Of a DNA stretch of 64,000 bases, positions 13,935 through 23,857 are shown one piece after another. The notes beneath the pieces were generated by a model, which was not told where the DNA came from, ran no database searches, and saw nothing but the letters and a program-made list of their open reading frames with translations. Both the position numbers and the translations under genes were made by a program. Each line of letters begins with the position of its first letter. Position 1 is the stretch's first letter. Source of the DNA: Trichosphaerium sp. ATCC 40318 (Eukaryota > Protista > Tubulinea); contig JALMLS010000228.1 in assembly GCA_038496445.1 (NCBI GenBank), positions 186,001-250,000 on the forward strand, in the 5' to 3' direction.

Positions 13935-15056
13935 TTATTCGTTACCACTTGCCCATGCCTGACTACTACCGATTGATATTAATCTACTGCGCCCGGATCC
14001 AACAGCTAAAACTTGTGTATAGTGGTCTCCTGATCCAATATGCCAATTACCAATCAATCCATTACCATTATTTCCACTTACATAAGTCCACCGGTTTTTC
14101 ACTAACTTCATCGTTTGCGAATGACCGTTATGATTAATAGCCACAACAGAATCAGTAGGTGAAGATGAAGAAACATCAAAGTCGCCAGCAAGGAAGCGAT
14201 CGCTAGCCTGAATGTGCCACGAACCGATAAGTCCTCCAAGTCCTCCTTCAGCATAAACAAACGATTTGGTGATTCCATCAAATCTCATTGTATGATGCAA
14301 TCCGTTTGGGTTTATAGCTAAGAGATCCTCAGCAGGAGCACCATAGAAGCTTCCTACAACGTAGTGGTCGTTTGAATTGATCGCCCAGTAGTGTATTTGT
14401 CCTGTTCTTGTACTGGATAGGATATCCCAGTTATTTGTATTTCTGTTGTATTTCATCACGCGACACCCATTGGATTTAATGAGAGCGACGTATGTTGAAG
14501 GATTAGGGTTGATTACTTCAAACATACCCGAAATAAGCTTATCTGAAGAAGAAATGTCGCCGTTCGATGCGTATTGGATTTGTGTCCAAGTGAAACCATC
14601 AACATTGTATTGAGGGTTGTATTCAAGCTTTAGAGTTGCGTATCTACCGTCAGGGTTGGCTGCGAGTAGAGATTTACGTCCTGCACTGTCGAAGTATCCA
14701 GAGACATATTTGTCGCTCCACCTTGTTGTCCAAGACCCGATTGCCATTCCTCCGGTTTCTGCAGCTCTCCACTCCTTTGTAGCATCGTCGATGTACGCTA
14801 ACATCCACTTTTTACCAGGCTTTATAAATAGAGTGAAAGCACCGTGGTTGAGAGAAGAGAGGTATTCCATTGGAATGAATTTATCTCCTGATGCAACATT
14901 CCATGTAATAGTTGTATAAGGTCCGCTCGGGTGAAAATACCTTTGGTATCTCTTTGCGACGATCTGGTTACCAGAGGCGTGTGTTTGCCAATAGCCGTAG
15001 ACTCTTGTAGTAGCACTTAAGAGAACTAGTAGGAGTATACAGACGTGTTGTTTCAT
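13935..15056 (-). CDS. Intronless secreted protein with FG-GAP/VCBS-like beta-propeller repeats
   Basis: N-terminal signal peptide; recurring ~55-aa motif IGxWxI..xDx(F/Y)xxGxF..xLLAINPNG; no introns. Confidence 0.75.
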   Translation of the reverse strand: MKQHVCILLLVLLSATTRVYGYWQTHASGNQIVAKRYQRYFHPSGPYTTITWNVASGDKFIPMEYLSSLNHGAFTLFIKPGKKWMLAYIDDATKEWRAAETGGMAIGSWTTRWSDKYVSGYFDSAGRKSLLAANPDGRYATLKLEYNPQYNVDGFTWTQIQYASNGDISSSDKLISGMFEVINPNPSTYVALIKSNGCRVMKYNRNTNNWDILSSTRTGQIHYWAINSNDHYVVGSFYGAPAEDLLAINPNGLHHTMRFDGITKSFVYAEGGLGGLIGSWHIQASDRFLAGDFDVSSSSPTDSVVAINHNGHSQTMKLVKNRWTYVSGNNGNGLIGNWHIGSGDHYTQVLAVGSGRSRLISIGSSQAWASGNE

Positions 15057-16554
15057 TTGTCTTGAGCCTTTTTATTTTGTGTTCTTGCTGTTTTTGAACA
15101 TGTGATTTTTCAATTTTAGCTCACAATCAGTGATTGCTTCACGTGAACCATTTCTCGAGAAAAAACGTGTTATTTGCTGTTGGGAAAACCTTGTGAGTGT
15201 TTCAAACCAAAAAAGCCGTATCTGTCAAGGTAAATGAGGAAGACTTTAGACAAGTGGGAAATTTCCATGCTTGTATTTTTGCGAAATGCATTGTTCTTAG
15301 ATTTATCGGGGTTTTTTGAATGCGTACTCGGTCTACAAATCCAAAAAAGAACTGGTTAACGATACTTCGATCAGGAAGGTGGCTGTCTACAATAGACATT
15401 CCAGGTGGCAGAAATTAGCTATAAATTAGTTCACAGATTCAAAGAAAAAAGAAAAACGTGGAAGCAAAAGTCAGTATGCTTTGTTCAGAACAGAGAACTT
15501 TTTACTAAGTATACTAGATGTATACTACGTCTAGAACACGATAGTAAACTTAGAGTATACAATAATTGCACCTAGCCGCGATATTAATAATTCAAGAACT
15601 TTCTTGACATTTTTGCGTGAAAAAACTGTAAAAATATACTGTTCGTGAACCACTACCACTTGTTTACTCTTGCAGGTCACTGTAGTACTAAATAGGTTGT
15701 AATGGATTTAATGTGAGTATTTGAGCACTGTGGATACGATTAACTGGAATAAACGAGGTAAGTTCTTCTTGTTGTTCTTTTCTACGCATATAATAGCTTG
15801 TCCTAAAGTTTGGTGTTCATACCAACCTACCAAAAATGTTTTTTTGTTAAAAATACGATTTTGAAATGAAATAATTACAAGATGTCGAGAATCTTTTAGA
15901 GGTTTTTTATTCACCCAGAACCATCTTACAGTTCAGTTGCTATTTTGAACATGTGTCCATGATGCTGTACTTATAGGGGCAAAGTATATTTTGCGATTCG
16001 TTTATGCTGTACCAAGGAAAAGTACCGACAGTCAAAGCAATATTTTTCAAAACACACTTTTTCTTCAATTTTGGAATTTCTGAAACTGTTTCAAAAGCGC
16101 TGCTGCCCAGACTATCTGGAAATCGCTAGGCGATCTTTTTCTGACTTTAGTCAAAGTTCATACCACCTCGACCTAGGTTTTTTTTGTCTCTTACGCGATG
16201 GTTTACTACGCGCAACAAGCAAGCTGCATTCTATTATTTTTTCCAAAAACCGAAATTTCTAGCATTATCCCAGTAGTATGAAACTTGACGCAAGACATGG
16301 TTATAACCACATTACACAATGCAGCGGTTGATTTTAGGACATTTTAACAAACAATGACGTGATACGACACTAATCAAAAAAGTAGACTTGTTTAAAACCC
16401 TATTTGCTTTTAATAAGCGTAATACAAGGAAATAATAAAACTTTGTAGAATAGGATTTGATAGTCAAAGCCTTACGTTGAAATGTCTCCTAAATTGTGCA
16501 TTTTTTATTTCATCACTACAAATCAGGACAACGTCTTAAACACAATTTCCAATC

Positions 16555-17205
16555 ATGATATCAGCAACTATAGCACTCATACAATCATTTTTCGTGTATG
16601 AAAGCGTTGTAGAGCATGATAATCATACGGAAAGTTCAAAACAACTACAAACTATCACAAACACCCAATTAACGCTCATTGACACGAAAACACAAAAAAC
16701 CAGTTTAAGAACGAGTCAGGAAAGAGATGATGGCCGTAACAACCTTAAACATACATTACGACCATTCGGAAACCTATTTGAACCACTCAAAACGCCCTCA
16801 ACGCAAAATACGGAAAAAAAAAGCAGAATTCTGATAAATGACCTAAAATCCGCCTACACAACATCTACACCACCACATCCCACCCTTAACAGCCAAAAAC
16901 AATTGCCAACGCAATTAACTAGTCAGAGGCGCAAGTCAGACGAAAATCAAAACAACAAAGAGAAAAACGGTTGGGAACTTATTCCAGACAAAGCAGTACA
17001 CTTTAATATTCTATTAAACCTTGCTTTGGCTGAATATATTGTTTTGGACGGGAAAGAAAGTACTCGTTTTGGAAAAAACTTGAAAAAAGAAACTTTCGAG
17101 AAAGTCTGCAAAACGATCGAATCTTGTCCATTCCCTCCAACAAATTTTTTCCCTAAACAATCACAATCAGCATATGACTTGTATTTTCTTGAGTTGACTT
17201 TGTAA
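16555..17205 (+). CDS. Hypothetical intronless ORF, possible weak F-box-like motif
   Basis: 216-aa ORF; WELIPDKAVHFNILLNL resembles an F-box; otherwise unrecognised. Confidence 0.3.
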   Translation: MISATIALIQSFFVYESVVEHDNHTESSKQLQTITNTQLTLIDTKTQKTSLRTSQERDDGRNNLKHTLRPFGNLFEPLKTPSTQNTEKKSRILINDLKSAYTTSTPPHPTLNSQKQLPTQLTSQRRKSDENQNNKEKNGWELIPDKAVHFNILLNLALAEYIVLDGKESTRFGKNLKKETFEKVCKTIESCPFPPTNFFPKQSQSAYDLYFLELTL

Positions 17206-17368
17206 ATTTAAGCCATATTTCTAATCATAATTTATTACGTGTACAGTAAACAAAAAAAAAAATAGTATCCACAAAATAAAAACTCTATTATTTATTATCA
17301 ACCCCTTTGCTTGTTTGGTCACTCAGTACTTCTTTAAATAAAGAATTTACACGATGGTATAAGAACAC

Positions 17369-18706
17369 TCACCTACGAACATTTGGAACACCTGCCAATA
17401 TCTTCATTACACCTTCATTTGTTATTGAAAAACATCCTACCAACACGATTGTATGTGCACCAACCAACGCCTTCAATCCTTCATCTGTTATTGATTCGCA
17501 TTCTCTCAGCTTGATTGTATGTGCACCAACTAATGCCTTCAAATGTTCATCTGTCACATGTGTGTAGCTTAAATCAATGGTATGAACACCAGCGAGAGCT
17601 TTAATACCTTCATCTGTTATGTTCCTACAATAACTAAGATCAATTGTATGAACTCCATGCAACGCCTTTATACCAATGTCTGTAATACAATTACAATCAT
17701 ACAAGCAGATTGTGTGAACACCAGTCAAAGCCTTTAATCCTAAATCAGTCACATTAGTAGATGCTAAGTCTATTTCATGAACACCAGCCAACGATTTTAA
17801 ACCTTCATCTGTAATTCTTGTAGCAGCTAAACCAATGACATGCACACCAGCTAACATCTTTACCCCTTCATTAGTTACCTTATTACAATAATTTAACCTG
17901 ATTTTATGTACACCGGCCAATAATTTCAAGGCTTTATCAGTAACTTCTGTTGATGATAAATTAATTTCATAAACACCAGCTAATACTGAAATACCTTCAT
18001 CAGTTATTTGTGCACAAAAACCCAAGTTAATTGTATGGACACCAACAAACACCTTAACACCTTCATCAGTTATTAGGCTACAACAACTCAAGTTGATTGT
18101 ATGTACACCGGCCAATGATTTCAAGGCTTTATCAGTAACTTCTGTAGCTGATAAATTAATTTCATGAACGCCAGCCAATACTGAAATACCTTCATCAGTT
18201 ATATTGTAACAATCATTTAACTTGATTGTGTGAGCACCAGCTATCCATTTCAGAGCTTCATCATTCACACCTGTTTGAGATAAATCAATTCTATGCACTC
18301 CAGCTAAGTGCCTTATACCTTTTTCTGTTATTTTCTTGCAACCATTCAAGACGATATCTCGAACACCAGAAAGTAATTTTAAATGACTGTCTGTAACACG
18401 TGCTTTAAAATTGAAAGTAGAATGTTTGTAAAGAGCAATTCTTGTATTTTGAAGTAAAGCGGTCCCAACAAGTAAGTTTAGCGAGGCTTCACTTGAAACA
18501 TTAATACATCCGTATCCCACATGTTTATGGACGATATCATGCATTAAATGGCATGTTTGCGCTGTCTGAAGTGTAAACGTTCCACTCTTCAGAATTTGAA
18601 CAATTATTTCAACGGGTAGTTCTGTGATGCTTACAGCGTCTTCTTTTGAGGTACATTGAGTTGTTATACCAGCATTGTAATCTTTTTCATCATTATTTTG
18701 TTCCAT
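17369..18706 (-). CDS. Intronless F-box / leucine-rich-repeat protein (copy A)
   Basis: Likely start MEQNN, shared with the paralog; F-box-like ITELPVEIIVQIL; about 15 repeats of 21-22 aa (AGVHTIxLxxxxxITDEGxKxL). Confidence 0.9.
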   Translation of the reverse strand: MEQNNDEKDYNAGITTQCTSKEDAVSITELPVEIIVQILKSGTFTLQTAQTCHLMHDIVHKHVGYGCINVSSEASLNLLVGTALLQNTRIALYKHSTFNFKARVTDSHLKLLSGVRDIVLNGCKKITEKGIRHLAGVHRIDLSQTGVNDEALKWIAGAHTIKLNDCYNITDEGISVLAGVHEINLSATEVTDKALKSLAGVHTINLSCCSLITDEGVKVFVGVHTINLGFCAQITDEGISVLAGVYEINLSSTEVTDKALKLLAGVHKIRLNYCNKVTNEGVKMLAGVHVIGLAATRITDEGLKSLAGVHEIDLASTNVTDLGLKALTGVHTICLYDCNCITDIGIKALHGVHTIDLSYCRNITDEGIKALAGVHTIDLSYTHVTDEHLKALVGAHTIKLRECESITDEGLKALVGAHTIVLVGCFSITNEGVMKILAGVPNVRR

Positions 18707-19665
18707 TCTGTAGCACACGACGGCCTGGGCTTTTGGGTTATTCGATGTAATAGAAAAAAGATGTATCCTAAGCAAAATAATTAATCTTCACTGTGGTACT
18801 TAAATGAAGATGTGCCTGAGATAAGAAGGCAGGATGTAACGTTTTAGTTCCGATTAATAGAACTTAATTACAATGCACTCCCAACTAATATTGTCAACTC
18901 ATGTCAAGTTAACACTGTAGGTATTTTTAGTTTTCTCAAAAAGGAATCCCAGCAACAGCTTTGTCCGTTTTCATTTTTTCTTGAAAATAGTAAAGCGCTG
19001 TAGTCTCATTGCACATGTTTTTTTTTCAGTTTTTTTTATTGAGTATGAAACAATTACAAATTTATGTCAAACTCTGGTACAAGAACGCTGTTTAGAGCAG
19101 TTTGCATGACGCCTTTCCACGTGCGTGTGTAAGTTTGAAAATAGAAAATTTGGTAAGGCGTTTTACATTCAAAACTAGCCTGGCACAACAACTCATAAGG
19201 TTGTAGCAAAGGTAATCGAGGTATATCACACTACTAAAGTAGAATGAATTCGTCATCATAGGAAATACATCACGGGCATAGAATAAACAAACGATAGTTG
19301 AGGAAGTACTAAATATGTATGAAAATTTACTGGCACAAACCTGTTTGAAATGATTCTAAAACAACCTCTGCATTTACACTTACCTAATGACTCCTTCACG
19401 AAGTCACTCGGAGATCTCGTTGTGAGCACGTTAGATTTGATCATTCAATTAACGAATATAAAGAGCACATAGTACTAAAAGCGTAGGTATAGCAATGTAC
19501 CTGTACAGTTGTGGGCTAACAGCACCATGTGATATCACGTGATTCACTCCAAACATTCATTGAACCATGTTAAATCTCGAACCTTCTCATCGCGCTGCAG
19601 TATTTAAAACTCCGCACAGGTGCACATTTTTCTATTCTTTATCTTGTATTGTTTACCAACACACT

Positions 19666-20457
19666 ATGCACCTCACATCAATACTATCAATACTCGCTTG
19701 TCTGATATTACTTACAAGTGGCGTTGTCAGTAAGTCATTTTATTAAGCTATACCTGTAACCTCAATACTGATGTTCGGAGGCCGTTACTTCTGTAACGAA
19801 AAACTAAACAAAACGTGATTTCTTCTTACTTTCAGTGCTTGTTAATGAACTGTTAGGGGTTGGAGATAGAGGCTCGTGCCAATTCATTAACCTTAAAACC
19901 AATAGAGATCTATTTGCAATAAATCATCCAGGGTTTATTTCAAATACAGGACCGGAGTATCCACTATTTGCTGTGTCTGATATTGATACACCTGCGGTTG
20001 AGTACACATACTTGATTACTATTCCTAATGGCCCTGGAGGATTACTGATGACTGTTGATATTGATTCTACACAACTTGAAATCAATATTAGTTTTCAAAG
20101 TGCTATAATTCCCACGAGACTTGTTTGTACTTTTGATAGTGCAATTATTGAAGGTAAACACTGTTTGCAACAAAATACAACTGCTTTGAAAACTAATTGG
20201 ATCTAGGTTCAACGATCGCATCATCATCTATTGATATTTCAGTAAATTTCCCTAATCCAAACACAATAGAGTACGCTGTTGAACATAAAAACATCATATT
20301 TCTTATCTTTTTCTTAAGGATACCATTGCCTGCATTTGACCCGCTTCCTGTTCCAGATTTTAACGCTGTCATTTCCTTTCCACCTTCTATTCCAGATACT
20401 CCTCCATCAATACGTCCATGCCTCCCTGTCAAACGCCGTAGGTCAATGTTTGCCTAA
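19666..20457 (+). CDS. Secreted hypothetical protein (4 exons)
   Basis: Signal-peptide exon MHLTSILSILACLILLTSGVV; GT-AG introns join ORFs 19835-20206 and 20197-20457 in frame. Confidence 0.65.
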
Positions 20458-20704
20458 TAAATCTAGAACTAAATAAAACGTCAACTCGAAAGTTGAATTG
20501 ACAGTGCCAAGGCCGTTCCCTATATTTGGTGGTACTATTTGAAAAATCTTTTCTACAGAACTAGGTGCAAGCAAGCAAGCAAACATACCAAAATGTATAC
20601 AATACTTGAGCTACATTTGGCTACCAACGTTTGTGTTGGTTTTCAACGTCTGTTTGGTTGGTGTATTTGACTTAAGCAAGTTTAAATAGTAGCGATCCGC
20701 GTTA

Positions 20705-21019
20705 AGGGACAGTGGCTGTGGCTTAGTTGGTATATTAGTCATTTGTAAAGCTGTGGTATCCAGGTTCAAACCCCGGGTTAGCAACGGGTTAGCAATAAAT
20801 CTATTTCCACCCTCAGGCTAGCCATTGCTACACCCTTACTGGTGATCCATTGCCATTCTCCAGGCAAGGGCCTGGATCTCACGGGCGTGGTATAAATGTA
20901 CCTTGTCGTGTAATTGGCGACCTTGACTGAGTCAAAGCACAGCGACCTTATCTGCGTCCCGCTAGATGTAAAAATTGATAGTCAATGTAAGATAATAAAC
21001 ATTAAACAAACAAACAAAC
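20705..21019 (+). mobile_element. tRNA-derived SINE with (AAAC)n tail and 10-bp target-site duplication
   Basis: A box TGGCTTAGTTGG, B box GGTTCAAACCC, ~230-bp body, (AAAC)4 tail; ATCCGCGTTA at both 20695-20704 and 21020-21029. Confidence 0.85.
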
Positions 21020-21149
21020 ATCCGCGTTACAACACAAGCTCCATCGAGCTTGGAAAGCCCTTGGTTTTCAACGTCTACGTTATCTAATTGCTTCAAACCC
21101 TTTCAACGACTTGAAGTTTTCTTTCATATTGTTAATTAAGCACTGCGAT

Positions 21150-21365
21150 TGTATCAAGTTTTCCTAATCCAAACACTACAGAGTGCGTTTGAAAAGGATT
21201 TTTAATTTTTTCTCTTATCATTCACGAAGGATACCGCTACCAAGGTTACCTATTGGCCCAGATGTTAATATTGTAATTTCCTTTGTATAAGAAGAATTCT
21301 TGTGCCTACAGACGCTTCAGGCGTAGGTCAACATTTGCTACATAAGTCTTGGCTCAGAAATAAAC
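21150..21365 (+). pseudogene. Degenerate duplicate of the 3' end of the 19666-20457 gene
   Basis: Collinear similarity to 20240-20480 (cctaatccaaacac, aaggatacc, atttccttt, cgtaggtcaa..tttgc). Confidence 0.65.
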
Positions 21366-21524
21366 AACATTGCATCTTCTATTTCATAAGGCAAATTACA
21401 CTTCCCAAGCTATTCCTGCACGTGGAAATAGCGCTACAACACCAAAAAAAACAAAAATATTTTTGAATTTCTTTCTTTCTTTATTCTTACACGTGCTTTT
21501 TTTTTTACAAAATTCCCTATTTTC

Positions 21525-22738
21525 TTACTCTTCATCATTATCAAAACAAGGTAAAAAACCTGGTTTTATCCGCTTAGCAGGCGGTCGTTGTATTTTACCA
21601 TCTAAATTATCTACTTCTTTTCCTAAGTTTGTCTCATCCTTATCATCATCTGTACGTTTCCTCTTCTTAGTATAAACATGCTTCATACTACACTTAGAAC
21701 CAAGAGGGCAGTAACCCTTAATATTAAAGTCGGGGCAAACTTTTGCGTTTGGACCGAGATTGACGTGTAAATAAGGACACTCGAGGTTCGTACAAACACC
21801 ACGCAAAAAGTGATAACAAATAGGCATTTTCTCCTTATCCACCTCATGTAAAAGCTTGCAAGAAGAGTTTGTACACTTGCCTTGCAAAAAAGACCTGCAT
21901 ATAGCAACTTTCTTTGCGTCATGTATGTAAGGACACTCCTGAGCTAACTTACATTCGCCTAAGAGGAAAAGAAACTAAGTTCAAGCGAGAAGAAACGTAC
22001 ACGTAAAACCACAAACAACTACGCACCAAATTTCGTGTAGTATACGCAGAGTTCTGTTTTTTTCTTCTTTTTCTTCTTTGGACGTCTCCTAAAAATCATG
22101 ATAAGCATGTTATTTAGATAGAAGACAAGCCTTTGTAGTGATTTGTTGTTGTGAGTTTTTTTTGTTCCGTTCTTTGCTTGAAACGCTAATGGCTATCATT
22201 TTTTACAGAGGTAAACCGTGTTGACAACGGCATAGTGCGGGGAGAGTATTTTTTTGGGTTTGTGTCTGTCGCGAAACGACGATGTTATGCCGCTTTGTAT
22301 AACGGCTTTTTACCTTTGTTTCACGAACTTGAGAAGTTGTTTCCCGACCTACCCAAAGCAAGACGTACCTTTCGCTGCCTTGAAATCATTCACTCGTTTC
22401 TTGTGAGTATTAATGACACCTGCGATACTAGCTATCTGTCTATAAATCTCATTTTCCTCTGCAGTTGATTTTTTCTGTTTCGTTTCACTCACGGTTGTAG
22501 GATTCTTATTCACAAATGTCTTGTTCTTGTGGCGAACCACCCGCTTAGGTTTTACGGGTTTAGCTGTAATTTCTGGCTGCGACCCAGTCTGTTGTTGCTT
22601 TACTTTGTTTATTTGGCCTGCCAACCGAGCTATCTGCCCTAATAAACGCTTTTCAGCGCTTTTTTTGGCCTGCTCATTATGCTTCTTAATTTGAAGCGTT
22701 AATGAGGCTATTTCTTTTTGTAAAGCCGCTTCGTTCAT
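21525..22738 (-). CDS. CCCH zinc-finger protein (ZC3H3-like)
   Basis: Five tandem C-x7/8-C-x4/5-C-x3-H fingers (CPYIHDAKKVAICRSFLQGKC, KMPICYHFLRGVCTNLECPYLHV, CPLGSKCSMKH). Confidence 0.85.
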
Positions 22739-22982
22739 TGTGCTGTGAATTATTTTCAACTCAAGACAAGAAATTACAGTCAACACTTTTACTTTTAAAT
22801 TTCGAACAGAAAAACCACGAATTCTCTCTGAATGAGATTTAGTATTCTGGTATTCCCTTTTGCTCAGTATACTCAAAAGATATTTTTCTATTTTCACCTC
22901 TTTTAGGCGGTATTTAACGAACATGTAGCATAAATATTTATGATGGGAAGTGATAACTTTTTTTTTACAAATTTTACGTGGT

Positions 22983-23606
22983 TTACATTATTGAGCAAGG
23001 TCCTGAAGTCTTTACCTTCTTTGATTTGAGAAGGTAGCTTATTTGTTTCTGGTTAAAAGCACCCTTGCGTTTATTTCTGATTATTTCTATTGCTTTAACT
23101 GCAGAAACGTTAGACTGAATTAATGCCAACGCAACCTACGGTAATAGTATTAGACAGAGTGCATTTATAAAAATGGGTAAAGCGAGCACAAAACAAAAAA
23201 CTCCGTTGACAGGTACCAGTGCTGGAGCGCGGCCTAAGCCAGCGACACAATGTAATGCGATTGTTTTTGGTTTAGCGGATTTTTTATCTCCTTTTTCATT
23301 GTTGTAAACTTCGGAAAGTACTCGCATCCACTGCAATTTAATAGCTTTAGGTGGACCGTCACCGTCTGGAAAGTTCATATCCTATTTTATGTTAACTGTG
23401 AGCAAAAAGGTCGATCGTACGTGTACTGTTATTCCGTTCTTCTCCAGGTATTCTACAGGGTATGTAGGGGCACATGCACGAATAACCACCGTTGTATTGT
23501 AACTTTTAAGCAATTTTACGTAATCTTTGACGCTGTCCTTGTCAGGACCTTTGGTAATGAGAAAACTCAATCCGTCGTGTTTAATATGAGACTCTTCAAA
23601 AAACAT
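22983..23606 (-). CDS. PTP4A: PRL/PTP4A-type protein tyrosine phosphatase with CAAX tail
   Basis: HCVAGLGRAP active site, FPDG loop, spliced C-terminus ...KKVKTSGPCSIM*. Confidence 0.92.
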
Positions 23607-23857
23607 TGTAATTTTTAGCGCATAGATTTCTTAGCCTGGATCGTCTGTTGTTGTTTGTAGTCCAAATGTCGAGAAGAATACGTCCATTAAATAATTGAGG
23701 TACTTTTTGTGAAAGAGCCTCAACGCAAGGTGCGACAAGAGAGTGTAATGAGAAAATTCATAAAACGAAAAGTTGGGCGCAAGAAAATCGCGCATGTTTT
23801 TCAGAACATTCAACATTGGTCTGTAGATTAGGTAGTTTCGCTACAGATTGTTACAAA

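Noticed and set aside
15150-16300. Possible degenerate multi-exon gene
   Set aside because: Splice-like sites are present, but no consistent frame or recognisable domain could be built.
20707-20790. Functional tRNA gene
   Set aside because: Acceptor and anticodon stems pair poorly, and the segment is the head of a TSD-flanked SINE.
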